From assembly GCA_045047305.1 (NCBI GenBank), contig JASFYO010000021.1:1-64000 (forward strand): DNA of 64,000 nucleotides, in the 5' to 3' direction. This DNA comes from Planctomycetota bacterium (GTDB taxonomy: Bacteria > Planctomycetota > UBA1135). The position numbers and the translations under genes were made by a program. Below the pieces are notes generated by a model. That model worked only from the letters and a program-made list of their open reading frames with translations. It had not been told where the DNA came from and did not search any database. Of this stretch, positions 1-10,419 are shown piece by piece. Each line of letters begins with the position of its first letter. Within the stretch, counting starts at the first letter, position 1.

Positions 1-557
1 GTTCCTTGGCAAACAAAACGCACTGTGCAGGAACCGAGTCCAAAATGATTTCGTTTCTCAAAAAAGGCTTGGGTTTCCTGATGGTTGCCGGGGCCGGTTT
101 GAATAATCCAAGGTAAATCACAGGAGTAAACTTCGCGCAAGCGACGAATCTGTCCGGCCATGATTTGGAATAAACTGGCTCCACTGATGTTTCCGAGTGG
201 AAAGGCTCCCTTTGGGCCTTCAAAGCCGAGCCGCGAAGCCTGTCCACCAGCAACCGTGAGGATGGCCACTCCCCCATCGCGTAAAGCCGATTCGCCTATT
301 TCACGCGCGGACTGCTGCTCTCCGGTTCCATCATGAGTGGAGGGGCTGACCAAGGTCGGTGGCGCAATCTCGGGTACGGAAGACTCCTTCGACCGCCGCA
401 ATGCTTTGCGTTGGCGGTCGAACAGTTCCCAATCAATTTGCAATAAATCCGCCGCGAGACGATTTACCGCCTCGGGTCCGATTTGTTCCGCGGGAAGCCA
501 GACTTGGGATAGTCCTCGTGCCTGCAGGGCGGTACGTAGCTCTTCCCTGGAAAACAT
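1..557 (-). CDS. UDP-N-acetylhexosamine/UDP-sugar pyrophosphorylase (UDPGP family, UAP-like), 3'-truncated by the window edge
   Basis: Manual translation from ATG at 557: MFSREEL...GEVAILTVAGGQASRLGFEGPKGAFPLG...SLFQIMA...FEKRNHFGL...FVCQG. This matches the LAGGQGxRLG-x3-PKG motif of the family. Absent from the ORF track because it runs off the edge. Confidence 0.85.
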   Translation of the reverse strand, partial: MFSREELRTALQARGLSQVWLPAEQIGPEAVNRLAADLLQIDWELFDRQRKALRRSKESSVPEIAPPTLVSPSTHDGTGEQQSAREIGESALRDGGVAILTVAGGQASRLGFEGPKGAFPLGNISGASLFQIMAGQIRRLREVYSCDLPWIIQTGPGNHQETQAFFEKRNHFGLGSCTVRFVCQG

Positions 558-570
558 CGGTTGAAAACCG

Positions 571-903
571 CTAGTGGTCTTCGGTGTTAATTTTCTCCAA
601 GGCTTCTTCTAGAAGGCTAACGAGGAGATCCAATTTGCGCTCAACCATCAACTGACGCTTGTTGATTTTCTCTACGATTGGAGGTAGCAAGGCCTCCAGG
701 GTGTAGTTGTTAATCATGTTAATCACTTCTGCACGCGATGCATCCGGCAACTTGTGGAAGTGATAATGGTAAGCGTTATCCAACGAATCCTCCGTCAAAT
801 CGAGGGCGTCGTTGGTCAGTTCTTTGAGTTGGTCGGCATCATGCTCGACCTTGTAAACTTCTTTGCGAAAGGTTTTGAGGGCTTCTGCGAATTTCTTTTG
901 CAC
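571..903 (-). CDS. Hypothetical helical/coiled-coil protein (110 aa)
   Basis: GTG start with GGAG upstream; fills the gap between fabF and the UAP gene on the same strand; charged helical composition. Confidence 0.7.
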   Translation of the reverse strand: MQKKFAEALKTFRKEVYKVEHDADQLKELTNDALDLTEDSLDNAYHYHFHKLPDASRAEVINMINNYTLEALLPPIVEKINKRQLMVERKLDLLVSLLEEALEKINTEDH

Positions 904-930
904 TTGAATTCTCCGCCTGTAAAAACAGGA

Positions 931-2193
931 TTAGTCGAAACGTCGGAATGCGAGGCTGACGTTGTGGCCGCCGAATCCTAAGGAATTGGACAGGGCAGCA
1001 CGAAACGTCTTTTTGCGCGGCTCATTTGGAATGTAATCCAAATCTAAGCCGTTCTCAAGGTCCGGGGTTTCGTAATTTTGGGTCTGAGGGGCGATTCCCC
1101 GATGCAGGGAAAGCGCGGTAACGATGGCCTCTACACCGGCGGCAGCGCCGACAAGGTGGCCAATCATGGATTTGGTGGAAGAGATTGCGGTTTTACGAGC
1201 GTTCTCTTCACCTAAAGCGAGTTTAATCGCTTTCGTCTCCACCATATCATTTAGCATGGTGGATGTGCCGTGTGCATTGATGTAATCGACCTCAGAAGGG
1301 TCGATACCGGCGTCTTTCATCGCCAAGGTCAAAGCAGCGGCAGGACGGTTACCGGTTTGATCCGGGGCCGTAATGTGACCAGCATCATCGGATTGACCGA
1401 ATCCCGCTAGTTCACAGTAAATTTTGGCACCACGCGCTTGGGCATGTTCAAGTGATTCGATAACTAGAACGCCAGCACCTTCCCCCATGACGAAACCATC
1501 ACGGTCGCGGTCAAAAGGGCGCGAGGCCCGTTGGATGTCATCGTTGCGCTTAGACAAAGCCTTGACCGAGTTGAATCCGGCGAGGCAAAGTGCGTTGGTG
1601 GTGGTTTCTGCCCCGCCGGTGACCATGACGTCGGCACGTCCGGAACGAATCTCTTCGAGAGCCATTCCGATGGCGTGACCGCTAGATGCACACGCGGAGG
1701 AGGTGAGGAAACAAGCGCCTTGAAGTCCAAACTCAATCGCGACGTTTGCGGCTAGCGCATTTGCCATGGTATTTGAGATGAAGTAAGGCGTGACTCGACG
1801 CGGTCCCGATTCCTCAAGCACTTTGGTTTGGTCCAAGATGCTTTGGATGCCTCCTATACCGGTACCAAGAATGGCGCCGGCACGCGTGGAGTCGATGGAG
1901 TTGGAGTCTAGGCCGGAATCAGCCCAGGCTTCTTTCGCTGCGACCACCCCGACTTGACTGAACGGATCCATCCGACGCAACTGTAGCCTCGTGAAGTGAT
2001 CTTCGGGAATGTAAATACATCCACGTACTTCAGCGGCAAAGTGCGTTCCAAAGGCGCTGGTGTCCCAGCGTTCAATCATGCGGAATCCGGTTTCACCTTC
2101 GAGCATTTTGTCGAAAGTTAAGGGTGCGCCAATCCCCAAGGGAGTTAGCGCACCCATTCCGGTGATGACGACGGTACGTGCCTTTTTAGACAT
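931..2193 (-). CDS. fabF: 3-oxoacyl-ACP synthase II
   Basis: VVITGMG, catalytic SSACASS, RPFDRDRDGFVMGEGAG, YINAHGTST, TKSMIGH, SNSLGFGG. Confidence 0.97.
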   Translation of the reverse strand: MSKKARTVVITGMGALTPLGIGAPLTFDKMLEGETGFRMIERWDTSAFGTHFAAEVRGCIYIPEDHFTRLQLRRMDPFSQVGVVAAKEAWADSGLDSNSIDSTRAGAILGTGIGGIQSILDQTKVLEESGPRRVTPYFISNTMANALAANVAIEFGLQGACFLTSSACASSGHAIGMALEEIRSGRADVMVTGGAETTTNALCLAGFNSVKALSKRNDDIQRASRPFDRDRDGFVMGEGAGVLVIESLEHAQARGAKIYCELAGFGQSDDAGHITAPDQTGNRPAAALTLAMKDAGIDPSEVDYINAHGTSTMLNDMVETKAIKLALGEENARKTAISSTKSMIGHLVGAAAGVEAIVTALSLHRGIAPQTQNYETPDLENGLDLDYIPNEPRKKTFRAALSNSLGFGGHNVSLAFRRFD

Positions 2194-2237
2194 AATTACG
2201 CGAGTCTTGCAACCGGTCTCGGCCGAAGCCTAAACCC

Positions 2238-2477
2238 TTAGCCGGAAACCTTTCCGGAGATGTAGGAAATTGCGTTCCCTACGGTCTGGATTTTTTCAGC
2301 ATCTTCATCTGGGATGGTGATGTCGAAAGCGCTTTCGAATTCCATGACCAGCTCGACGGTGTCAAGGCTGTCGGCGCCTAGGTCATTGATGAAGCTGGTT
2401 TCAGGGGCAAGCTTGTCGCGCGATGCACCCATGTGTTCGCAGACAATCTCGTAGATCTTTTCTTCGATGTCAGTCAC
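2238..2477 (-). CDS. acpP: Acyl carrier protein
   Basis: [14 protein letters not shown] phosphopantetheine site; lies between fabG and fabF. Confidence 0.97.
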   Translation of the reverse strand: MTDIEEKIYEIVCEHMGASRDKLAPETSFINDLGADSLDTVELVMEFESAFDITIPDEDAEKIQTVGNAISYISGKVSG

Positions 2478-2567
2478 GATTCTGATCGGAGGGTTCTTCA
2501 GGTTTTGCTGCTGAGCAGCGGGGAAAGGACGGCTTCGTGCCGCCCGACGTTAATTGTACTTGTACGA

Positions 2568-3314
2568 CTAGCCGAGGGAAAGGCCTCCGTCGACTAACAT
2601 CACTTGGCCAGTGATATAGGAGCCGTCGGAGCTTTGCAGGAAGCGTACGGCTCCGGCAATGTCTTGGCCGCTTCCTGGGCGTCCAAGTGCGATTTTTTGC
2701 CTCATGGCGTCCTGAGCGGCCTCAGGGAGGTCGGAGGTCATGTCTGTATCGATGAAACCAGGCGCAACCACATTGACGGTGATCCCACGGCCACCAAGTT
2801 CAATTGCGGCGGATCGCGCCATGCCGTGGAGCCCAGCTTTGGCTGCGCAATAGTTGGCTTGGCCCGGATTGCCTATTGCGGCAACCACCGACCCAATAAA
2901 TACAATGCTCCCAGCACGCTGCTTCATCATCGGTTTGGTTACAGCCTTTAGGAAATGAAAGCTTCCCTTTAGGTTGACGTCGATGACCTGGTCAAACTGT
3001 TCTTCGGTCATCCGCAGCAGAAGATTATCTTTGGTGATGCCCGCGTTGGCGACAAGGCCATCAATCCCGCCCCAAGTGTCGACTACTGCCTTGACCGCGT
3101 CGGTGGCAGTGGAAGCCTGAGCGATATCCCCTTCCAATGGCAAGGACTCAGCGCCCGCGGCGGCAATCGCGGCGCAGGTTTCTTCAAGATTGCCCAAGCG
3201 CGTAGCAAGAACGGCAACTTTCGCCCCATGCTTTGCGAGATCGATGGCGATGGCTTGCCCGATTCCGCGCGATGCGCCGGTGACCAGGATGCGTTTGTTC
3301 TTGAGATCGTGCAT
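2568..3314 (-). CDS. fabG: 3-oxoacyl-ACP reductase
   Basis: TGASRGIG, NAGITKDNLLLRM, NYCAAKAG (YxxxK), operon context. Confidence 0.96.
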   Translation of the reverse strand: MHDLKNKRILVTGASRGIGQAIAIDLAKHGAKVAVLATRLGNLEETCAAIAAAGAESLPLEGDIAQASTATDAVKAVVDTWGGIDGLVANAGITKDNLLLRMTEEQFDQVIDVNLKGSFHFLKAVTKPMMKQRAGSIVFIGSVVAAIGNPGQANYCAAKAGLHGMARSAAIELGGRGITVNVVAPGFIDTDMTSDLPEAAQDAMRQKIALGRPGSGQDIAGAVRFLQSSDGSYITGQVMLVDGGLSLG

Positions 3315-4261
3315 TAGGAGGTACTTTGCAGAAGGGCTTCGAGAGAGGTTTGGTCTTTTAGGCTCAAGACTTGAGTGCCCGGAGCGATTTTTTTAGCCAT
3401 CGCACCAAGTACGCGTCCAGGTGCGGGTTCTATAAACTTTAGGTCCTTTGCGCTTTTCGCCATGGCTGCAAAGGAGTCTTGCCACAGAACCGGAGCGCAC
3501 AATTGAGCAATGAGATTGGCTTTCAGGACCGTAGGGTCGGAAGATGGCTTGGCGGTAGCATTTTGCCAAACTGGGCAGTTTGGTATTTGGAAATGGGTGC
3601 TTGCGAGGGCGGATTCCAATTTCTCGGCTGCTGGTCGCATGACCTCGGAGTGAAAGGCCCCCGCGACTTGAAGCCGCATGACGCGCCGCGCGCCGGCCTC
3701 CTTTGCCGTTTCTTCTAAGGCGTCGAGTGCTGCGTTTTCGCCGCTCACAACGATTTGTCCAGGTGAGTTCAGGTTGGCGACTTGGCAAATTTTGCCGGTT
3801 GCCTTGGCCACCGAGGCGCATACCGATTCAAGCGCATCACGTTCCATCCCCATAACCGAAGCCATTCCTGAGGGCATAGCTTCACTGGCAGCTTGCATGG
3901 CACAACCGCGAAGGCGAACTAGGCGGAGGCCATCAGCGAAGGAAAACGCACCTGCTGCAGCCATGGCGGTGTACTCCCCTAGAGAGAGACCAGCGGTCAT
4001 CTTGGGTTGAATTCGGGAACCCGCCTGTTCCTCGAACGCAGTAATGGCAGCAAGAGAACAGGTGTAAATGGCCGGTTGTGCAATATCCGTGGCAGTGAGG
4101 GCTTCGATTGGGCCTTCAAAACACAGTTTCGACAAAGGCAATCCGAGCACCGCATCTGCTTGTTCAAAAAGGGCACGTGCAGCAGGACTTGCTACTGCAA
4201 AATCCTTGCCCATACCAACAGTTTGGGCACCTTGCCCAGGGAACAAAAGGCCGAAATCCAT
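3314..4261 (-). CDS. fabD: Malonyl-CoA:ACP transacylase
   Basis: LFPGQGAQ, GLSLGEY, GAFHS; start moved to ATG at 4261 (MDFGLLFPGQG). Confidence 0.95.
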   Translation of the reverse strand: MDFGLLFPGQGAQTVGMGKDFAVASPAARALFEQADAVLGLPLSKLCFEGPIEALTATDIAQPAIYTCSLAAITAFEEQAGSRIQPKMTAGLSLGEYTAMAAAGAFSFADGLRLVRLRGCAMQAASEAMPSGMASVMGMERDALESVCASVAKATGKICQVANLNSPGQIVVSGENAALDALEETAKEAGARRVMRLQVAGAFHSEVMRPAAEKLESALASTHFQIPNCPVWQNATAKPSSDPTVLKANLIAQLCAPVLWQDSFAAMAKSAKDLKFIEPAPGRVLGAMAKKIAPGTQVLSLKDQTSLEALLQSTS

Positions 4262-4289
4262 GTTTTTCTTTGAGTGTGGGCGGGAATGC

Positions 4290-5285
4290 CTACCAGCGGA
4301 TGCGCGCAGCACCCCAGGTCAGGCCAGAACCAAAGGCGGCAATTACAATCAACTTATCTTTCTCAAACAAATCTGCCTCCAGAGCTTCGCACATCGCAAT
4401 AGGGACCGAACCGGCCGAGGTGTTGCCATAGCGATCGATGTTGATGAACACCTTCTCTTCTGGAAAACCGAGTTTTTGCGTCGCAGTTTCCAAGATGCGC
4501 TTGTTGACTTGGTGTGGCACCACCAAAGCCAGATCATCTGGATCTTGCCCCTCCATGGCCCACTTCATCAGGCTGGTCATGCGTGAAACCGCGAAACGAT
4601 AGACCTCGCGGCCTTGCATCCGAATAAGGTGGGAGCCTTCAGAAAGAATCTCTGGGGTGAGACGTTCTAAGCCGCCACCGCGTGGACGTGTGATGTATTG
4701 GGCTCCCGAACCATCGGCGCCAATGGTGATGGCCTCAATCAAACCCTGCTGACAAACATCGTGGGGTTGCAACAAAGCAGCACCAGCGCCGTCGCCAAAA
4801 ATGATGACCGAGTTACGGTCGTAAATGTCAGCCATACGCGAGATGCACTCACCACCAATGACCAAAACGTTTTTGTAGCCATCACCTTGCAGGAATTGAC
4901 TCCCGACTTTGAGCCCATAAAGGAAACCGGCGCAGGCAGCTTGTAAGTCAAAAGCAGCAGCATTTTTAGCGCCGAGATTGTCCTGGACGATACATGCACT
5001 CGCTGGAGTCCCTTGGTGGTCACCCGAAACCGTACAAACGATGATAAGTTCCACGTCTTCGGCGGCAACCCCTGACTTCTCTAAAGCCATTTTGGCCGCC
5101 GCAGTGAATAGGTCACTCGGCTTTTCGCCAGGTTCGAGCCAGCGTCTTTCCTTGATGCCGGTGCGTTGCACAATCCACTCGTCGGAAGTCTCAACAAAGC
5201 GAGTGAAGTAATTGTTGTCAATTACTTGGTCCGGAATGGAATAACCCATTCCGGCGATGCCAACAGGGACAGCTTTGGTGCTCAT
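4290..5285 (-). CDS. fabH: 3-oxoacyl-ACP synthase III
   Basis: ETSDEWIVQRTGIKERR, AACAGF, FGDGAGA, PHQVN, YGNTSAGS. Confidence 0.96.
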   Translation of the reverse strand: MSTKAVPVGIAGMGYSIPDQVIDNNYFTRFVETSDEWIVQRTGIKERRWLEPGEKPSDLFTAAAKMALEKSGVAAEDVELIIVCTVSGDHQGTPASACIVQDNLGAKNAAAFDLQAACAGFLYGLKVGSQFLQGDGYKNVLVIGGECISRMADIYDRNSVIIFGDGAGAALLQPHDVCQQGLIEAITIGADGSGAQYITRPRGGGLERLTPEILSEGSHLIRMQGREVYRFAVSRMTSLMKWAMEGQDPDDLALVVPHQVNKRILETATQKLGFPEEKVFINIDRYGNTSAGSVPIAMCEALEADLFEKDKLIVIAAFGSGLTWGAARIRW

Positions 5286-6277
5286 GAGTTGCTCGGGACT
5301 TCCCCAACGTGGGAAGCGAGGCTTTCGACAATGTGATGGTTGACACCAGCTTCGATGTCCGCCTTAACGGCGCGCAATGCCGGAAGCACAGCACTTGCAT
5401 GAGAACGGCCATGTCCGATGAGGACAACCCCGTTCACACCCAAAAGGGTGGCTCCACCAACTTCCGAAAAATCAGAGGCTCCGAGCATGTTGCGTAGAAC
5501 ATCACGCACTCCAGCCCCGTTGGGAGATTGTGCTGCAGAATGCACAAGATATTCGGCAAAGCCTTCCACTACCTTCAGCACCATATTGCCAACGAATCCA
5601 TCTGCAACGAAGACATCGGCCTTATCGTCAAAGAGTTCATTGCCCTCAACATTACCAACAAAGTTCAAATTGGAGGCTTCTAGAGACTGGTAGGCGGAAC
5701 GAATGACTTCACTGCCTTTGCCTGCCTCGCCACCAATGTTAAGTAGGCCGATGCGTGGATTCTCACGGCCGAGCAAATCCTTTGAGTACGCAGTGCCCAT
5801 AAGGCTGTACTGGAAAAGATGCTCTGGTTTTGGAGTTGGGTTGGCACCGGCATCGAGCAAAACAAAGCTTCCGCCCCGACCGCGAATGGTGACAGCAATG
5901 CCTGGGCGTCGAATGCCTGGAAGCATGCCAAGGCCCATCGTGGAGGCAGCGACGGTAGCACCAGTGTTGCCAAAGGCAATCAAGCCATCAGCGTCTCCAG
6001 CACGAATCGTTTTGACACAAAGTGAAATTGAGGAGTTTGGCTTAGTACGCAAACCAACCACCGGCTTCTCATGTCCTTCGATCACATCTTCCGTGTGAAC
6101 AATGGACGGAAGTTCTGTGATGCCTTCCGCGTTTAGGCTCTGGGTGATTACGCGTTCGGGACCAACCAGCACGAGTTCATCACTAGAGAAGCCACCTTCG
6201 CGTAATGCGATGGCGATACCCTTGAGAATCTCATGTGGTGCATAATCACCACCGAGCGTATCAACCGCAATCCTCAT
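5282..6277 (-). CDS. plsX: Phosphate acyltransferase PlsX
   Basis: IAVDTLGGDYAP, GNTGA, LDAGAN, GLLNIGGE, DGFVGN, IGHGRS; lies between rpmF and fabH. Confidence 0.95.
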   Translation of the reverse strand: MRIAVDTLGGDYAPHEILKGIAIALREGGFSSDELVLVGPERVITQSLNAEGITELPSIVHTEDVIEGHEKPVVGLRTKPNSSISLCVKTIRAGDADGLIAFGNTGATVAASTMGLGMLPGIRRPGIAVTIRGRGGSFVLLDAGANPTPKPEHLFQYSLMGTAYSKDLLGRENPRIGLLNIGGEAGKGSEVIRSAYQSLEASNLNFVGNVEGNELFDDKADVFVADGFVGNMVLKVVEGFAEYLVHSAAQSPNGAGVRDVLRNMLGASDFSEVGGATLLGVNGVVLIGHGRSHASAVLPALRAVKADIEAGVNHHIVESLASHVGEVPSNS

Positions 6278-6283
6278 GCAGCT

Positions 6284-6466
6284 TTAGAACTCGTCTTTGG
6301 CGATAATCTCACGGCCACCATAGTGCCCGCAGTTATCACAAATGGTATGGGGTTTGCCCATGGAATTGCAGCGCGCGCATGCACGAACGGCAACATATGG
6401 AGCTTTCACTGCCGCGCGACCTTTACGTGCGCGTGACTTGGAGTTTTTTCTCTTTGGAACAGCCAT
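6284..6466 (-). CDS. rpmF: 50S ribosomal protein L32 (Zn-ribbon form)
   Basis: MAVPKRK..., CxxC...CxxC (CARC, CDNC), GHYGGREI. Confidence 0.95.
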   Translation of the reverse strand: MAVPKRKNSKSRARKGRAAVKAPYVAVRACARCNSMGKPHTICDNCGHYGGREIIAKDEF

Positions 6467-6530
6467 GACGATTTATGCAGGGCCCTGGGCCCCACTAGGA
6501 CCGGCCATTTTCTCAGAATTGATGAGCAGG

Positions 6531-9155
6531 TCAAGCACTTGGAGACAAGGACTTTTGAAGCTGGTCGACGGCAGCTTCTAGATTGCTTCCATCGGAGCCC
6601 TTTCCCTGGGCAAAATCAGGCCTTCCACCCCCTCCGCCGCGGATTAATTGCCCAAACGCGTTAGCCAAATTCCCGGCTTGATGGGAAGACCCTTTTTGGC
6701 AGTTGAACAGAAATGGCACTGATTTGGCTCCTCCTCCTGTGAGTAGGACGACCTCCGGCAGGCTCGCCCCCTTCAACGAATCACTAATCGCGCGTAAGGA
6801 ATCGGCATCTAGGTCGGGTAAATGCTTCCATGCAATCAGTCCCGTAGCGGATTCCAATTCCGATAATAAGGTGTCGGCAGAAGGTCCAGCGACAACCTTG
6901 CGCTTTTTGGCATCCTTCAGTTCTTCTTTTAGTGCATGAACCCGCGCAGGGAGTTGAGCTATGGGAGATTTAAGGTCAACTGCCATTTGTTTGAGTTGAT
7001 CTTGATCGTTGTGAATATGGTTCCACGCGGCTGGACCCGCGACGGCTTCCATGCGTCTGACACCTGCAGCTAGAGCTCGATCTCCCAAGATACGGAAAGG
7101 TCCAATGCTGCCAGTGTTGTTGACGTGACACCCACCACAAAGCTCTTGGGAAAATCCAGGTACGGAAACGACACGCACTTCATCACCATATTTCTCACCA
7201 AACAAGGCGGTAACGCCATCTTCTTTTGCTTGGGTTAAAGAACTGATGCGTTGTACTACCGGATTCGCCTTCATCACTTCTTGGTTCACCAGATCTTCGA
7301 TTGCGCGCAGAGTCGAAGTACCAAGTGTCTTGGGGTGAGTGTAATCAAAACGTAAACCTTCAGCTGAAACTTTAGAACCGGCTTGATTGACATGGCCGCC
7401 AACCACTTTCTTCATAGCGGCATGCAGCAAGTGGGTTGCCGTGTGATGCCGTTCTGCCGCATGACGGCGTTCCATGTTTAAGCGTAGCTGCCCCTTGGCA
7501 CCTTTCATAACTGGACTAGCCGACTTCCCATGATGCATGGAATAGCCATTCTCTGACGTGGTTAGGTGAATCGCGAACAGTTCTTTGGAGCCTACTGAGA
7601 AAACTCCACGGTCCCCTACTTGTCCGCCACCTTCGGCGTAGAGCGGAGTACGGTCAAACACCAGGACAGCTTCTTGGTTGGCTTGAATTTGCTCAACCAA
7701 ATCTCCATCGACTAAGATCCCGAGAAGTTTGGCCTCGGTGCTAGTTTCTGTGTAGCCACAGAAATCGGTAGGTTCTATCGAGGCTGTTTGCAGGCGGCTG
7801 GCTAGGGATTGGGTGAAGACTTCACCTGAAATTTCACTGCCCGAACGAGCGCGTTGCTTCTGCGCTTCCATCGCAGCATCAAAGCTTTCTTGGTCTAGTT
7901 CAAAACCGTTTTCCTTCAAGATCACGCTGCTTGTATCTAAAGGAAAGCCATAGGTGTCGTGTAGTTCAAATGCAAGTTCGCCGGGGAAAACGGCAGTACC
8001 CGCAGCTTTTTGAATTTCCATATCGGTTTCAAGACGATCAATACCATGTGCGTAGACTTCGCGGAAACGGCTTTCCTCTCCTTCGACAAGAGCACGAATG
8101 GTGTCTTGCTGTGCAGTGAGTTCCGGATAGGCCTCTCCCATGGACTCCTGAACCAAGGGCAGTAGTTCCGCCAAGAAGGTTCCCCCAATGCCTAGTTCGA
8201 GTCCATCTCGAACGGCTCGTCGTAAGATTTTACGTACCACATAGCCACGGCCTTCGCGGCCAGGCATGGCTCCATCGGCAATGCAAAAGAAAACGGCTCG
8301 AGCATGGTCTGCAATGCGACGCATGCGGATGCCATCGGTACTGTCTGAAACATAGTTCTTTTCACTTATTTCTTGGATGCCAGCAAGGATGGGTTCGAAT
8401 AAGTCGGTTTCGAAGTTGTTTGGTGCATTTTGTGCCACAGCTGCAAGACGTTCTAAGCCAAGGCCTACATCGATATTTTTTTGCGGTAAAGCTTCCAATA
8501 CACCACCATCTTGGCGATAGAACTGAGTGAATACGCAGTTGCCTACCTCGACAAAGCGGTCGGGCAATTCCTCTAGGCCTTCGTTGCTCGGGTAAGCAAG
8601 CGTGGGCTCCATGTCCCAATAGATCTCGGAGCACGGCCCGCAAACGCCATTCGGGCCTCTGCTGGGTGCAGATGCTGGCCAGAAGTTTTCCTTCTCGCCT
8701 AGGCGATAAATCTTTTCTGCAGGTAACCCAACGATGTCATGCCAAATGTCGAATGCTTCGGAGTCATTTTCGAAAATAGTGACGGCAAAACGGCTTGGGT
8801 CCCAACCCAACACTTCGGTAAAGAAGGTCCATTCCCATGGGATGGTTTCATGCTTGAAATAATCTCCAAAGGAGAAGTTGCCAAGCATTTCGAAGAAGGT
8901 GTGGTGTCGGGGTGTGACCCCCACGTTTTCAAGGTCAGGCACGCGCAAACATTTCTGCGCTGTGGTGACTCGCTGGAAGTCCCTCCCTTTGCCAAGGAAC
9001 TCATCCTTAAATTGATTCATGCCGGCACCTGTGAACAACAGGGTCGGGTCATTGGATGGGATTAGGGAATCCGAGGGTAAACGAAGGTGTTCCTTGGCCT
9101 CAAAGAAGCTAAGGAACGCCTCACGAATCTCGGCAACCTTCTTAGGTTGACTCAT
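6531..9155 (-). CDS. alaS: Alanine--tRNA ligase
   Basis: DPTLLFTGAGMNQFK, RHHTFFEMLGNFSFGDYFK, editing-site HHTATHL and ELCGGCH, C-terminal GGGGGRPDFAQG. Confidence 0.98.
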   Translation of the reverse strand: MSQPKKVAEIREAFLSFFEAKEHLRLPSDSLIPSNDPTLLFTGAGMNQFKDEFLGKGRDFQRVTTAQKCLRVPDLENVGVTPRHHTFFEMLGNFSFGDYFKHETIPWEWTFFTEVLGWDPSRFAVTIFENDSEAFDIWHDIVGLPAEKIYRLGEKENFWPASAPSRGPNGVCGPCSEIYWDMEPTLAYPSNEGLEELPDRFVEVGNCVFTQFYRQDGGVLEALPQKNIDVGLGLERLAAVAQNAPNNFETDLFEPILAGIQEISEKNYVSDSTDGIRMRRIADHARAVFFCIADGAMPGREGRGYVVRKILRRAVRDGLELGIGGTFLAELLPLVQESMGEAYPELTAQQDTIRALVEGEESRFREVYAHGIDRLETDMEIQKAAGTAVFPGELAFELHDTYGFPLDTSSVILKENGFELDQESFDAAMEAQKQRARSGSEISGEVFTQSLASRLQTASIEPTDFCGYTETSTEAKLLGILVDGDLVEQIQANQEAVLVFDRTPLYAEGGGQVGDRGVFSVGSKELFAIHLTTSENGYSMHHGKSASPVMKGAKGQLRLNMERRHAAERHHTATHLLHAAMKKVVGGHVNQAGSKVSAEGLRFDYTHPKTLGTSTLRAIEDLVNQEVMKANPVVQRISSLTQAKEDGVTALFGEKYGDEVRVVSVPGFSQELCGGCHVNNTGSIGPFRILGDRALAAGVRRMEAVAGPAAWNHIHNDQDQLKQMAVDLKSPIAQLPARVHALKEELKDAKKRKVVAGPSADTLLSELESATGLIAWKHLPDLDADSLRAISDSLKGASLPEVVLLTGGGAKSVPFLFNCQKGSSHQAGNLANAFGQLIRGGGGGRPDFAQGKGSDGSNLEAAVDQLQKSLSPSA

Positions 9156-9192
9156 GCCTTGTGCTGGCCAATCGAAGGCCTATGGGGTGAAA

Positions 9193-10356
9193 TCAGGCCT
9201 TTTGACGGGCGCTCACCTTTTTCTTTGGTGAGGCGCCAGCTTCAGCGACCTTGGAAGCAGTTTCTGCCTTGGAGGACTTCTCCTCTTTCGGACGGTCGAT
9301 TTTAACCGGATTCATCATCTCGCGGAGGAAGTCATCCATTTCCTGGCACATTTCCGGATTTTCGCGCAATAAGGTACGGACGGATTCACGACCTTGTCCC
9401 AAGCGAATTTCGCCTTTGGTGGGATGTTGGTAGCTAAACCATGCCCCCGCCTTGGTGACTAAGCCATGTTGCAGACCGAGATCGATGATGTCGCCCTCGG
9501 TGGAAATACCCTGATCGTAGAGGATGTCGAACTCCGCACGACGGAAAGGAGGTGCCACCTTGTTTTTGACTACGGTGCACTTGGTGCGGTTTCCGATGAT
9601 TTCGTCGCCGTTCTTGATCGCGCCGATGCGCCGGACATCCATACGGATAGAGCTGTAGAACTTCAACGCACGTCCACCTGGGGTGGTTTCGGGGTTACCG
9701 AACATGACGCCAATTTTTTCACGCAGCTGGTTGATGAAGATGACAACGGCATCTGTTTTGCCAATCACCGTGGTCAAGCGACGCAGGGCTTGCGACATCA
9801 TTCGCGCCTGCACGCCCACAAAGACGTCTCCGATTTCGCCGGCCATCTCAACTTTTGGCACTAAAGCTGCAACGGAGTCAATCACCACCACATCGACAGC
9901 ATTGGATTTAACGAACTGTTCACAGATATCCAAGCCCTCTTCGCCGGTGGACGGCTGTGAAAGCATGAAATGTTCACCATCTAGTTTGAGACCCAGTTTC
10001 TTGGCATATTCTGGGTCAAAAGCATGTTCCGCATCGATGAAGAGGCAAAACCCACCTAATTTCTGCGCCTCTGCCACCACCGACATAGCAAGGGTAGATT
10101 TCCCGCTGGACTCAGGGCCGTAAAGCTCAATGATGCGGCCACGGGGCAATCCTTTGCCTCCAAGAGCTGCGTCGAGCCCAATTGCCCCTGTTTTGACTCC
10201 GCGAATTGGACCCATATTTGTTTTGGAGAGGTCCATTACGGCTTCGGCGCCGTAATCTTTGGTCACGCTGGCAAGAGCTTCTTGGATTGCTTTCTGCTTG
10301 GCGCTTCCAGTCTTGGTGGCCTTGGGGGTAGTGGGTTTTACTTTCTTAGTGCTCAT
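9193..10356 (-). CDS. recA: Recombinase RecA
   Basis: [56 protein letters not shown]; start at 10356 has AAGGAG upstream. Confidence 0.98.
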   Translation of the reverse strand: MSTKKVKPTTPKATKTGSAKQKAIQEALASVTKDYGAEAVMDLSKTNMGPIRGVKTGAIGLDAALGGKGLPRGRIIELYGPESSGKSTLAMSVVAEAQKLGGFCLFIDAEHAFDPEYAKKLGLKLDGEHFMLSQPSTGEEGLDICEQFVKSNAVDVVVIDSVAALVPKVEMAGEIGDVFVGVQARMMSQALRRLTTVIGKTDAVVIFINQLREKIGVMFGNPETTPGGRALKFYSSIRMDVRRIGAIKNGDEIIGNRTKCTVVKNKVAPPFRRAEFDILYDQGISTEGDIIDLGLQHGLVTKAGAWFSYQHPTKGEIRLGQGRESVRTLLRENPEMCQEMDDFLREMMNPVKIDRPKEEKSSKAETASKVAEAGASPKKKVSARQKA

Positions 10357-10379
10357 CTGTTTTCTCCTTGGGTGTCCGA

Positions 10380-10407
10380 AGTGTAAGGGTTTTGTTAGGC
10401 GTTTCAA
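10380..10407 (-). promoter_or_regulatory. Candidate sigma-70-type promoter of recA
   Basis: Minus strand TTGAAA-N16-TACACT, ending about 24 nt before the recA ATG. Confidence 0.45.
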
Positions 10408-10419
10408 GCCCCTATCTAG

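Noticed and set aside
3314..5285. FabD GLSLG (not GHSxG) and FabH HQVN (not HQAN)
   Set aside because: Catalytic Ser and His are retained; these look like ordinary family variants.
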